A stretch of DNA of 64,000 nt from NCBI GenBank assembly GCA_038061225.1, contig JBBTZT010000003.1, forward strand, positions 257,515-321,514. The letters run 5' to 3'. The translations under genes and the position numbers were made by a program. Source of the DNA: Patescibacteria group bacterium. GTDB lineage: Bacteria; Patescibacteriota; Microgenomatia; UBA8517. Below are positions 47,330 to 56,726 of the stretch, piece after piece. How positions within the stretch are numbered: position 1 is the stretch's first letter; every line of letters starts with the position of its first letter. The notes under the pieces are model-generated. The model was not told where the DNA came from. It did no database searches and was given only the letters and a program-made list of their open reading frames with translations.

Positions 47330-47758
47330 ATGACAAAAGACACAGCTAAATTTTTAGTTAAACCTTATGTTTTAAAAGTTGAAAAACCATGGGGTTATGA
47401 GTTAATTTTAACAAATGAGAACTCAAAAAAAATTACAAGTAAAATTTTGCACGTAAATAGCGGTAAAAGAATTAGTCTTCAGTATCATGATAATAAAGAA
47501 GAAGCAATTACACTAATTTCAGGCAGTTCAATTTTGCACATTGAGAACGGTTTAGGTGAAGTCGTCAAAATTAATATGGAATTAAATAAAGGCTATCTAA
47601 TTTTACCTTTTCAAATTCATAGGTTTGAAGCTATAACAGATAGTCAGTTAATTGAAAGCTCAACAGCTGAAAGTGGTAATACATATAGACTTGAAGATGA
47701 TTACAGTCGAGGAACAGAAACAGATGACGATCGTAATACTTCAAGAAAAAAAGCCTAA
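47330..47758 (+). CDS. cupin-domain protein (mannose-6-phosphate isomerase type II-like)
   Basis: EKPWGYE...ISLQYHDNKEEAITLISG. Confidence 0.55.
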   Translation: MTKDTAKFLVKPYVLKVEKPWGYELILTNENSKKITSKILHVNSGKRISLQYHDNKEEAITLISGSSILHIENGLGEVVKINMELNKGYLILPFQIHRFEAITDSQLIESSTAESGNTYRLEDDYSRGTETDDDRNTSRKKA

Positions 47759-48182
47759 AAACATGAAATTAAATACTGCTCAGTTCAAGACACTTTCAAA
47801 AGTTTGTAGTGACATCGCAAAGACTATAATAATAGCTGTCATATTAGGCCAAGGTGTAATCGGTCAAACCTCAGAAGTAATCAGATATCAATTGGTTTTT
47901 TCATGGACTTTCATATCGACATTTCTTTTAATATTAGCTATGATGTTAGATAGACATATAAAAGTATGAACAATGAAAATTTAATTATTGGCTTAAATAC
48001 TGGTTTTTTAGCTGTTGCTATATTTGGTGTGTTTATTGCAATTTTATATTATGTCGATGCAAGATCTAGGATTAAAAGTAATAAATAAATATGGAATGGA
48101 ATGTTACAACATCAACCAGTGCAATAGTATTAACAGTTTTTATAGGTTTATTAATAATTTTATTTGCAAATAAAAAATAAAT

Positions 48183-50486
48183 ATGTCTACACTGCCCCTA
48201 GTAATTGATTTTAAGGATATTGATAAAGATTCAACCTCTCTTGTTGGAGGAAAGGGAGCAAATTTAGGAGAAATGGTAAAAGCAGGTTTTCCTGTGCCTA
48301 ATGGTTTTGCAGTTACTGTTCCCTCATATGAATTGTTTTTGAAAGAAAATAATATAGCTTCTAAAATCTATGAAATTTTAGAAATTACCAATGTAGAAGA
48401 TCCTGCTCAGCTTGAAGAGGCATCTAAAAAGATTCAAAAAATAATAAACACCTCCAAATTCCCAGAATCTGTTTTTAGTGAATTAATTAAATCATATAAA
48501 AAATTGTCAGGCAGATTTTCAAAAGCATTAGTTGCAGTAAGATCATCAGCCACAGCAGAAGATTTACCTGGAATGAGTTTTGCGGGTCAACAAGCTACTT
48601 TTTTAAATGTTAAAGGTGAAGCTAACTTGCAAGTTGCAGTTCGTCAGTGTTGGGCATCACTATTTACACCCCGTGCAATTTATTACAGGAATAGCAATAA
48701 AATCCAAATTGAAAAGGTTGGTATCTCAGTTATTGTTCAAAAAATGGTACAAAGTGAAGTTTCAGGAATTATGTTTTCAATTGACCCAATAACAAACAGA
48801 AAAGACAGAATAATAATTGATGCTGTTTGGGGACTTGGTGAAATGATTGTTCAAGGAAGTTATATTCCAGATCATTATGTAGTGCAAAAAGAAACTTTTG
48901 CAATTCTTTCAAAAGAAGTAAATGATCAGAAAATGCAATATATTAAAAAAGGAAATGAAACAAAAGAGATTGCAGTTCCTAAGAAAAATATAGCAAAAAT
49001 TAAACTTTCTGAAGATCAAATTATATCTCTAGCTAAATTATCTCAGAAACTACAAGATCACTACTATTTTCCACAAGATACTGAATGGGCATTAGAAAAA
49101 GGGAAATTATATATAGTTCAAACAAGACCAGTAACAACAATAGGCCGTGTAAATCCTAAATCAGAAATCCTACCGCGTAGCGGGTTACCTAATCCTAAAT
49201 CTGAATCGGTTATGCCGATTCTTAAGGGAATCCCAGCTTCTCCTGGAATTGGAACTGGAACTGTTAAAATTTTACGATCGCCGAAGGAAATTGATAAAAT
49301 TTCAAAAGGTGATGTATTGGTAGCTCCAATGACATCTCCTGATTATGTTCCTGCTATGAAGAAAGCAACAGCAATTGTTACAAATGAAGGTGGAATGACA
49401 AGCCATGCCGCTATTGTTTCTCGCGAAATGGGAATCCCTTGTGTTGTTGGTACTAAAGATGCTACTAAAATTCTAAAAGATGGAGATGTTATCACTGTAA
49501 ATGGAACAAATGGGGAAATATATCAGGGTGGAATTAAGAACGAAGAATTAAGAATTAAGAATCAACCCGTAACCCACAACTCGTCACCAAAAAACTACAA
49601 AACTGCTACCAAATTGTATGTCAACCTTGCCGAACCTGATAGAGCAAAAGAGGTATCTAAAATGAATGTTGATGGAGTTGGACTTCTTCGCGCTGAATTT
49701 ATGATAGCTGATATTGGAATGCATCCAAAAGAAGCAATTAAACGTAAAACTCAACATCTTTTCATTGATAAAATGGTTGACAAATTAACTATCTTTTGTG
49801 AAGCTTTTTATCCTCGTCAAATTGTTTACCGTGCCACTGACTTTAAAACGAACGAGTATCGAAGTCTTGAAGGTGGAAAACATTGGGAACCATCTGAATC
49901 AAACCCGATGTTAGGTTTTCGTGGCGCATTTAGATACATCAATGATCCTGAAGTGTTTAACTTAGAATTACAAGCAATTAAAATTGTTAGGCAAAAATAT
50001 CCAAACTTACAGATAATGATACCTTTTGTTAGAAGTCCTGATGAACTAAGAAGAGTTAGAAGACTTATAGAATCTCAAGGACTTTTTGATGACCCACATT
50101 TTAAATTATGGATGATGGTTGAAATTCCTGTAAATATTATTATGATTGAAGAATTTATAAAAGTAGGTATTGATGGCATTTCAATCGGCTCAAATGATTT
50201 AACTATGTTAATGCAAGGAACAGACAGAGATAATTCAACAGTGGCAACAGCTTTTAATGAAATGAGCCCTGAAGTTCTGTGGGCTATTAAAAAAGTTATT
50301 AAAGCCTGTAATAAACATGGTGTTACATCATCAATTTGTGGACAAGCTGCAAGCAGTTACAATGAAATGATAGAAATACTTGTTAAGGCAGGTATAACAT
50401 CAATCTCTGTTAATCCTGACGCAGTTACAAGAGTTAGAAAGGAGATATATGATCAAGAGAATATGGTCGCGAGAAATATTAGATAG
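48183..50486 (+). CDS. ppsA: phosphoenolpyruvate synthase (pyruvate, water dikinase)
   Basis: ATP-grasp N-terminal region; phospho-His domain GGMTSHAAIVSREMGIPCVVG; PEP-utilising C-terminal domain; 767 aa. Confidence 0.85.
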   Translation: MSTLPLVIDFKDIDKDSTSLVGGKGANLGEMVKAGFPVPNGFAVTVPSYELFLKENNIASKIYEILEITNVEDPAQLEEASKKIQKIINTSKFPESVFSELIKSYKKLSGRFSKALVAVRSSATAEDLPGMSFAGQQATFLNVKGEANLQVAVRQCWASLFTPRAIYYRNSNKIQIEKVGISVIVQKMVQSEVSGIMFSIDPITNRKDRIIIDAVWGLGEMIVQGSYIPDHYVVQKETFAILSKEVNDQKMQYIKKGNETKEIAVPKKNIAKIKLSEDQIISLAKLSQKLQDHYYFPQDTEWALEKGKLYIVQTRPVTTIGRVNPKSEILPRSGLPNPKSESVMPILKGIPASPGIGTGTVKILRSPKEIDKISKGDVLVAPMTSPDYVPAMKKATAIVTNEGGMTSHAAIVSREMGIPCVVGTKDATKILKDGDVITVNGTNGEIYQGGIKNEELRIKNQPVTHNSSPKNYKTATKLYVNLAEPDRAKEVSKMNVDGVGLLRAEFMIADIGMHPKEAIKRKTQHLFIDKMVDKLTIFCEAFYPRQIVYRATDFKTNEYRSLEGGKHWEPSESNPMLGFRGAFRYINDPEVFNLELQAIKIVRQKYPNLQIMIPFVRSPDELRRVRRLIESQGLFDDPHFKLWMMVEIPVNIIMIEEFIKVGIDGISIGSNDLTMLMQGTDRDNSTVATAFNEMSPEVLWAIKKVIKACNKHGVTSSICGQAASSYNEMIEILVKAGITSISVNPDAVTRVRKEIYDQENMVARNIR

Positions 50487-51711
50487 TCGTGGCATTCCTA
50501 CTGTTGAATGTTATTGTCAATTAGATGATGGTAGATTTGCCACGGCCTCAGTTCCTGCCGGAACTTCCATGGGATCTCATGAAGCCTTAGAACTTAGAGA
50601 TAAAGATAATGATAGATATCGTGGAGAGGGGGTTCTAAAAGCTTGTGAAAATATAAATACAATCTTGGGCCCTGCAATTGTTGGTATGGATCCTACACAA
50701 CAAATTGAAATTGATAAAAAACTAATTTCCTTAGATGGAACTGAAAATAAATCAAAATATGGAGCTAATGCCATACTTGCCATTTCAATTGTTGTTTGTA
50801 AAGTAGCTGCTATTTCTCAATCCAAAGCTCTTTACGCATGGATAAACGAATTAGCAGTTCAAAAAGGAATAGCAAAAGGAATAAAAACGCCTACACCTCT
50901 TTTAAACATGATAAACGGAGGATTGCATGGCGCTGGGAATCTTGATTTTCAGGAATTTTGGGTGATTCCTGCAACTAACAAAAAATTTTCTGATGGACTT
51001 CAAATGGGAGTAGAAATTTACCAAACCATAGGAGATAACTTAACTCGCCGTGGTGCAATTCATTCTGTGGGTCATGAAGGTGGGTATGCCCCAAATTTAT
51101 TTACAAATGCAGATGCATTTGAAGTCTTTGTAGAGTCAGTTAGACAAACAAATTATTCCCTAGGTAGAGATGTTTTTTTGGGTCTTGATGTGGCTGCCAA
51201 TAGTTTCTACAGAGATGGTGATTATACAATTCGTGATAGATCTTCATCCTTAACTGATGATCAATTACTGGATTATTACAAAGAACTCATTGGCTCATAT
51301 AAATTAGCAATACTTGAAGATCCTTTTCAGGAAGACGCCTGGGATTCATGGAAAAAAATATACAACGAACTTAAGGGTACTGCAATTATTGTAGGAGATG
51401 ATATTTTAGTAACAAATCCTAAAAGATTGCAAAAAGCAATTGAAGAAAAGGCATGTAATGGTGCAGTTATTAAACCTAACCAAATTGGGACAATATCTGA
51501 AACTTTAGACGTAGTTAAAATGGCAAAAGATGCTGGTTGGAAACTAATAACTTCACATAGGTCAGGGGAAACAAATGATACTTTCATCGCCGACTTTGCA
51601 GTAGGAATTGCTTCAGACTATGCTAAATTTGGAGCTCCAGCTAGAGGTGAACGAATAGCAAAATACAATAGATTAACTGCAATTGAAATAGAATTAGATT
51701 ATTTTAAATGA
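50449..51711 (+). CDS. eno: enolase
   Basis: REILDSRGIPTVE N-terminus; SHRSGETNDTFIADFAVG. Confidence 0.9.
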   Translation: MIKRIWSREILDSRGIPTVECYCQLDDGRFATASVPAGTSMGSHEALELRDKDNDRYRGEGVLKACENINTILGPAIVGMDPTQQIEIDKKLISLDGTENKSKYGANAILAISIVVCKVAAISQSKALYAWINELAVQKGIAKGIKTPTPLLNMINGGLHGAGNLDFQEFWVIPATNKKFSDGLQMGVEIYQTIGDNLTRRGAIHSVGHEGGYAPNLFTNADAFEVFVESVRQTNYSLGRDVFLGLDVAANSFYRDGDYTIRDRSSSLTDDQLLDYYKELIGSYKLAILEDPFQEDAWDSWKKIYNELKGTAIIVGDDILVTNPKRLQKAIEEKACNGAVIKPNQIGTISETLDVVKMAKDAGWKLITSHRSGETNDTFIADFAVGIASDYAKFGAPARGERIAKYNRLTAIEIELDYFK

Positions 51712-53354
51712 TAGCTAAGTTTGTGATTTTAGCAGTTTTAGATGGATGGGGTATTTCAGCACCATCTGCAGGTAATGCCATTTCTTTAGCCAACACTATA
51801 AACATCAATAGATATATGGCAGGTTACCCCCACACAGAACTAAGTGCTTCCGGGGAATCTGTTGGTTTACCTCATGGTGAAGCAGGTAATACAGAAACAG
51901 GACATTTAAATTTAGGAGCTGGAAGAATTGTCTATCAAGATTTGATGAGAATAAATATGTCGATAGCTGATGGTCTATTTTTTAATAATCAAATACTTCT
52001 TGATGCGATTAATCATGCTAAAGAAAATAATTCTAATTTGCATTTGATGGGTTTAATTGGTGCTGGTGGTGTTCATTCAAATATGGAACATTTATTTGCA
52101 CTTATTCAACTTTGCAGTAGAAATAATTTTAATAGAGTTTTCTTGCATCTTTTTACAGACGGGAGAGATTCACCGCCATCTGCAGCAAAAATATATATAC
52201 AAAGAGTCAGAGAAGTAATAAAAAGAGAAAATGTAGGTCAAATAGCTTCAATTATGGGTAGATACTGGGCAATGGATAGAGATCATAGATGGAATAGAAC
52301 AGCTAAAGCATATTTTGCCCTAACTAATGGTGTTGGCAATTTAGTTAAAACACCAGAGGAAGCAATTGAAGCTTCATATTCAAATGGAAAAACTGATGAA
52401 TTCATTGATCCCGCACTGATCTGCGATCAGACGGGTAAACCTGTTTCAATAATTAAAGACAATGATGCTGTTATATTTTTTAACTTTAGAATAGATAGAC
52501 CAAGGCAACTTTCAAGAGCTTTTGTATATAGTGATATAAATAAAGCAGAAGAGGAACAATCATTTGATCCATTTTTAGTTAAATATAAAAAGAAACATCT
52601 AGTAGTACAAATGCCACAAGCTGTTACTTTTGATAGACCACAAAAATTAAAGAATTTATTTTTTGCCACAATGACGCAATATGAAAAATCTCTTATAGAT
52701 GAAGGTGCAAAAGTTGTTTTTGAACCTGAAGTTGTAGATATGCCATTAGGACGTGTGATATCTGAGGCTGGATACAAACAATTAAGAGTAGCAGAGAGTG
52801 AAAAAGAACGTTTTGTAACATTTTATTTTAATGGGCAACAAGAAATTCCTATGGAAATGGAGGAAAGATTAATTGTTCCCTCACCTAAGATTGCAACCTA
52901 TGATTTAAAACCTGAGATGAGTTCGATTGAATTAACAGACAGTTTGCTTTCAAAGCTTAAAACTTTTGAAGATTATAAATTTATATTAATAAATTATGCG
53001 GCACCTGACATGGTGGGTCATACAGGAAATATTGGATCTGCGGTTAAGGCCTGTGAGACTGTTGATGAATGTATTGCTCGTCTTGCTAATTTTGCTTTGG
53101 CTTATGACGGAGCTTTAATAATAACAGCTGATCATGGGAATTGTGAACAAATGATTAATAATCAAACAGGTCAAATTGAAACAGAACATAGTAGTAACCC
53201 AGTGCCATTAATTATTGTTTATAAAGAATTTATGGGAAATGCACAAACACTTGCTTCGGGAGTTCTAGCTGATGTTGCCCCAACTGTTTTAAAATTGTTA
53301 GAACTGCAAGTTCCAACAGAAATGACAGGCAGAAGTTTAGTATTTTCGGATTAA
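51708..53354 (+). CDS. gpmI: 2,3-bisphosphoglycerate-independent phosphoglycerate mutase
   Basis: 548 aa; iPGM pattern (ILDGWG..., ITADHGN). Confidence 0.85.
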   Translation: MIAKFVILAVLDGWGISAPSAGNAISLANTININRYMAGYPHTELSASGESVGLPHGEAGNTETGHLNLGAGRIVYQDLMRINMSIADGLFFNNQILLDAINHAKENNSNLHLMGLIGAGGVHSNMEHLFALIQLCSRNNFNRVFLHLFTDGRDSPPSAAKIYIQRVREVIKRENVGQIASIMGRYWAMDRDHRWNRTAKAYFALTNGVGNLVKTPEEAIEASYSNGKTDEFIDPALICDQTGKPVSIIKDNDAVIFFNFRIDRPRQLSRAFVYSDINKAEEEQSFDPFLVKYKKKHLVVQMPQAVTFDRPQKLKNLFFATMTQYEKSLIDEGAKVVFEPEVVDMPLGRVISEAGYKQLRVAESEKERFVTFYFNGQQEIPMEMEERLIVPSPKIATYDLKPEMSSIELTDSLLSKLKTFEDYKFILINYAAPDMVGHTGNIGSAVKACETVDECIARLANFALAYDGALIITADHGNCEQMINNQTGQIETEHSSNPVPLIIVYKEFMGNAQTLASGVLADVAPTVLKLLELQVPTEMTGRSLVFSD

Positions 53355-53963
53355 ACCTACTACACGACCTTGAATGGTAACTTCTTTGGCAAAAATAGGG
53401 GACATAGCAGCATTCGCAGGTTCAAGCCTAATTCTTGTTGCCTCTTTGAAGTATCGTTTTAGGGTTGCCATGCCGTTTCTTAAAAGAGCGACTACTATCT
53501 CTCCATTATTTGCAGTTTCTGTTTGTTCACAGATTACAAAATCACCATCATTTATATGATCTTCAATCATTGATAATCCGCGAACTTGTAAAACATAAAC
53601 CCTTTTTTTACCCGAAGCAAAATTTGGTGGAATTGACATGTGTGCATTTGGATCAATCAGAGGTTCAATTGGTTGACCTGCTGCAATGTAACCCAATATT
53701 GGTACAGTTATACCTTCATTATTGATACTAATATCAGTTGTTAATTCCATTTTGCGAAGCCTGCCAGAAGTTCTTTTCAGAAGTCCTTTTTCAACAAGTC
53801 CCTGTACATGTTCATGAACAGTTGCAAGTGAATTAACTCCAATTGCGTTTGCTATATCACGTAGTGTTGGGGCAAAACCTGTATTTTGAATTGATTGTTT
53901 AATAAAATCAAGTATTTGTGCTTGTCTTCTATAAATTACAGGGGCTGAATTAATCTTTGACAT
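53337..53963 (-). CDS. lexA: LexA repressor (S24 peptidase)
   Basis: N-terminal winged HTH; cleavage site AAG in YIAAGQP; GLSMIEDHINDGDFV (Ser); a Lys is downstream. Confidence 0.85.
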   Translation of the reverse strand: MSKINSAPVIYRRQAQILDFIKQSIQNTGFAPTLRDIANAIGVNSLATVHEHVQGLVEKGLLKRTSGRLRKMELTTDISINNEGITVPILGYIAAGQPIEPLIDPNAHMSIPPNFASGKKRVYVLQVRGLSMIEDHINDGDFVICEQTETANNGEIVVALLRNGMATLKRYFKEATRIRLEPANAAMSPIFAKEVTIQGRVVGLIRKY

Positions 53964-54024
53964 GATTACATATTACGAATAGTAACCGAATAAGTCAACT
54001 ATATCTTTCTGATATAATATATCC

Positions 54025-55989
54025 ATGGATTTCAAACTTGTTACAGACCACACACCCATTCCTGAACAACAAAAGGCGATTGACAAACTTGTCGAAAATA
54101 TTAACAACAATGTTAAATATCAAACTCTTTTGGGTGTTACTGGAAGTGGAAAAACATTTACTGTTGCTAATGTAATAGAAAAATTACAACGTCCTACTTT
54201 AATAATTTCTCATAATAAAACACTTGCTGCTCAACTTTATCAAGAGATGAGAGATTTATTTCCCCAAAACGCTGTTTCCTATTTTGTTTCATATTATGAT
54301 TATTATCAACCTGAAAGCTATCTTCCTTCAACTGATACATATATTGAAAAAGATTCTGCAATCAATGAGTTAATAGATAAACTGAGACTTGCTGCAACAA
54401 CCAATCTTTTAACCAGAAAAGATACAATAGTTGTAGCTTCAGTATCTTGTATTTATAACATAGGTTCTCCAAATGAATATGGAAAATTTGCATTTGAATT
54501 TGTATCAGGTATGAAAGTTACAAGAAAACAAATAATTGATAGACTTTTGGATTTACAATATGAAAGAAATGAATTTGAGTTTAAAAGAGGAACATTTAGA
54601 ATAAGAGGAGAAACAATTGATGTTTATCCAGCCTACACAGACGAGGCAGTTCGTATTGAACTAGATACGGAAAAAATCAAAAAAGTCAGTTCGATCCATT
54701 CAGTTACTGGAGCACTAATCACTAATCACCAGTCATCATTCACTTTATACCCAGCCAAGCATTTTATAGCTGACCCTAAAACACATAAAAAGGCGTTTGA
54801 AGATATCAAACGCGATCTAAAATTTAGGATCGAAGATTTAAGAAAACAAAACAAGTTACTCGAAGCTCAAAGATTATCACAACGTGTTACATATGATTTG
54901 GAAATGATTAAAGAGATAGGCTATGTTAAAGGAATTGAGAATTATTCAAGATATTTTGATGGAAGAAAAGCAGGAGATGCACCATTCACACTTCTAGATT
55001 ACTTTAAAGATTATTTAGTTATTGTTGATGAAAGCCATATTACTTTTCCTCAAATAAGAGGAATGTATGCAGGTGATTTTTCAAGGAAATCAACACTTAT
55101 TGATTATGGATTTAGGCTTCCTTCAGCTCTTGATAACAGACCACTTAAATTTGATGAATTTATGAGAAGAATTCCAAACTTTTTAGCGCTTAGCGCCACA
55201 CCAGATGAATGGGAACTATCACTTTCTGGAGGAGATATAGTCGAGCAACTATTAAGACCGACAGGAATCCCTGATCCTAAAGTTGTTGTTAAACCTACTA
55301 CACATCAAATTGCAGATGTTATAAGTGAAATTAAGAAAGAAGTAAAAGAAAAAAGAAGAATTCTAGTAACCACATTAACAAAGAAAACCGCAGAAGACTT
55401 GTCTAGCTATTTAGAAGAACAAGGCTTGAAAGTTGCATATCTTCATTCAGATGTTAAAACTTTAGATAGAACAGATATTTTAGATAATTTGAGAAATGGT
55501 AAATATGATGTACTAGTAGGTATTAATCTTCTAAGAGAAGGTTTAGATCTTCCTGAGGTTGGTCTAGTCGCAATTCTAGATGCTGATAAAGAAGGCTTCC
55601 TCAGAAGTCAAACTTCTCTGATTCAAACAATGGGACGAGCTGCAAGACATGTTAAAGGTAGAGTTATTATGTATGCTGATCGAATCACAGGATCAATGGA
55701 AAGAGCTCTAAGTGAGGTTAAGAGACGTAGAAAATATCAACTAGCAATGAATAAAAAATATAAAATTACACCTAAATCAATTACTAAACCTGTTCGCAAA
55801 AGATTAATAGATAAACCAACAGAAGACCCTGTGATAAAGATGATGACTGAACTTAACATAGAAAGCTTGACTCCAATGGATAAAAAGATACTTATTAAAA
55901 ATCTACAAAAAGAAATGGTTATAGCTGCCAGTGAATTAAACTTTGAACTAGCTATAGAAATACGAGAAAAAATAGCAAAGCTAAAATAA
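54025..55989 (+). CDS. uvrB: excinuclease ABC subunit B
   Basis: GVTGSGKTF; helicase motifs; a C-terminal UVR-like segment (ELNFELAIEIREKIAKL). Confidence 0.9.
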   Translation: MDFKLVTDHTPIPEQQKAIDKLVENINNNVKYQTLLGVTGSGKTFTVANVIEKLQRPTLIISHNKTLAAQLYQEMRDLFPQNAVSYFVSYYDYYQPESYLPSTDTYIEKDSAINELIDKLRLAATTNLLTRKDTIVVASVSCIYNIGSPNEYGKFAFEFVSGMKVTRKQIIDRLLDLQYERNEFEFKRGTFRIRGETIDVYPAYTDEAVRIELDTEKIKKVSSIHSVTGALITNHQSSFTLYPAKHFIADPKTHKKAFEDIKRDLKFRIEDLRKQNKLLEAQRLSQRVTYDLEMIKEIGYVKGIENYSRYFDGRKAGDAPFTLLDYFKDYLVIVDESHITFPQIRGMYAGDFSRKSTLIDYGFRLPSALDNRPLKFDEFMRRIPNFLALSATPDEWELSLSGGDIVEQLLRPTGIPDPKVVVKPTTHQIADVISEIKKEVKEKRRILVTTLTKKTAEDLSSYLEEQGLKVAYLHSDVKTLDRTDILDNLRNGKYDVLVGINLLREGLDLPEVGLVAILDADKEGFLRSQTSLIQTMGRAARHVKGRVIMYADRITGSMERALSEVKRRRKYQLAMNKKYKITPKSITKPVRKRLIDKPTEDPVIKMMTELNIESLTPMDKKILIKNLQKEMVIAASELNFELAIEIREKIAKLK

Positions 55990-56707
55990 TTCTATACCAA
56001 CCAAAGATATTGAAGTTATTGGTTTGCACAAATTTAATTAGCCATTTAATTACTATATAGGCTGTTACAAAACTTCCAAGAAAGCCCACGGCTAATAGTC
56101 TACTGTCTACAGCAGACCAAGCAGAAACATCTGACTTTGCAAAATCTAATACAGTAGCACCCAGCATTGTAGGAATTGCTAAAAAAAATGAAAACTCTGT
56201 TGCATCTTTTCTATTCATGCCAACTACCATACCTCCAAATATTGTTGCAAAAGCACGGGAAACACCAGGAATCATGGAGAGGACTTGGAAAAGACCAACT
56301 AAAACAAAGCTTTTAGCCGTTAGCTGTTGGCTATTAGCTTTATGAAAATGTTCGAACAAGAGCATGACAATCCCACCAATTAGTAAACTTAAAATAACGA
56401 CTAAAGAATTACCAATCAAGTACATCTTGATGTACTTATAGAAAAATAATCCAAAAATTGCAGATGGCAAGAAAGCGATAATTATATTTTTCCACAATTC
56501 AAAATTGCTAAGCAATTTTGTGAAATAAATTACAATTACGGCTAAAATTGCACCAAGCTGAATAATAATTTCAAAAGACTTTACAAATTCAGTTTGTTGT
56601 ATATGAAGTAAATTACTTGTAAGTATCAAATGTCCAGTAGAGGAAATAGGTAAAAATTCTGTTATTCCCTCAACGACTGATAACAGTAATGTCTGAATTA
56701 GATTCAT
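55952..56707 (-). CDS. uppP: undecaprenyl-diphosphate phosphatase
   Basis: EGITEFLPISSTGHL N-terminal motif; polytopic. Confidence 0.85.
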   Translation of the reverse strand: MNLIQTLLLSVVEGITEFLPISSTGHLILTSNLLHIQQTEFVKSFEIIIQLGAILAVIVIYFTKLLSNFELWKNIIIAFLPSAIFGLFFYKYIKMYLIGNSLVVILSLLIGGIVMLLFEHFHKANSQQLTAKSFVLVGLFQVLSMIPGVSRAFATIFGGMVVGMNRKDATEFSFFLAIPTMLGATVLDFAKSDVSAWSAVDSRLLAVGFLGSFVTAYIVIKWLIKFVQTNNFNIFGWYRIILALLFFLVFL

Positions 56708-56726
56708 GCTGTATAATTGTACATCG

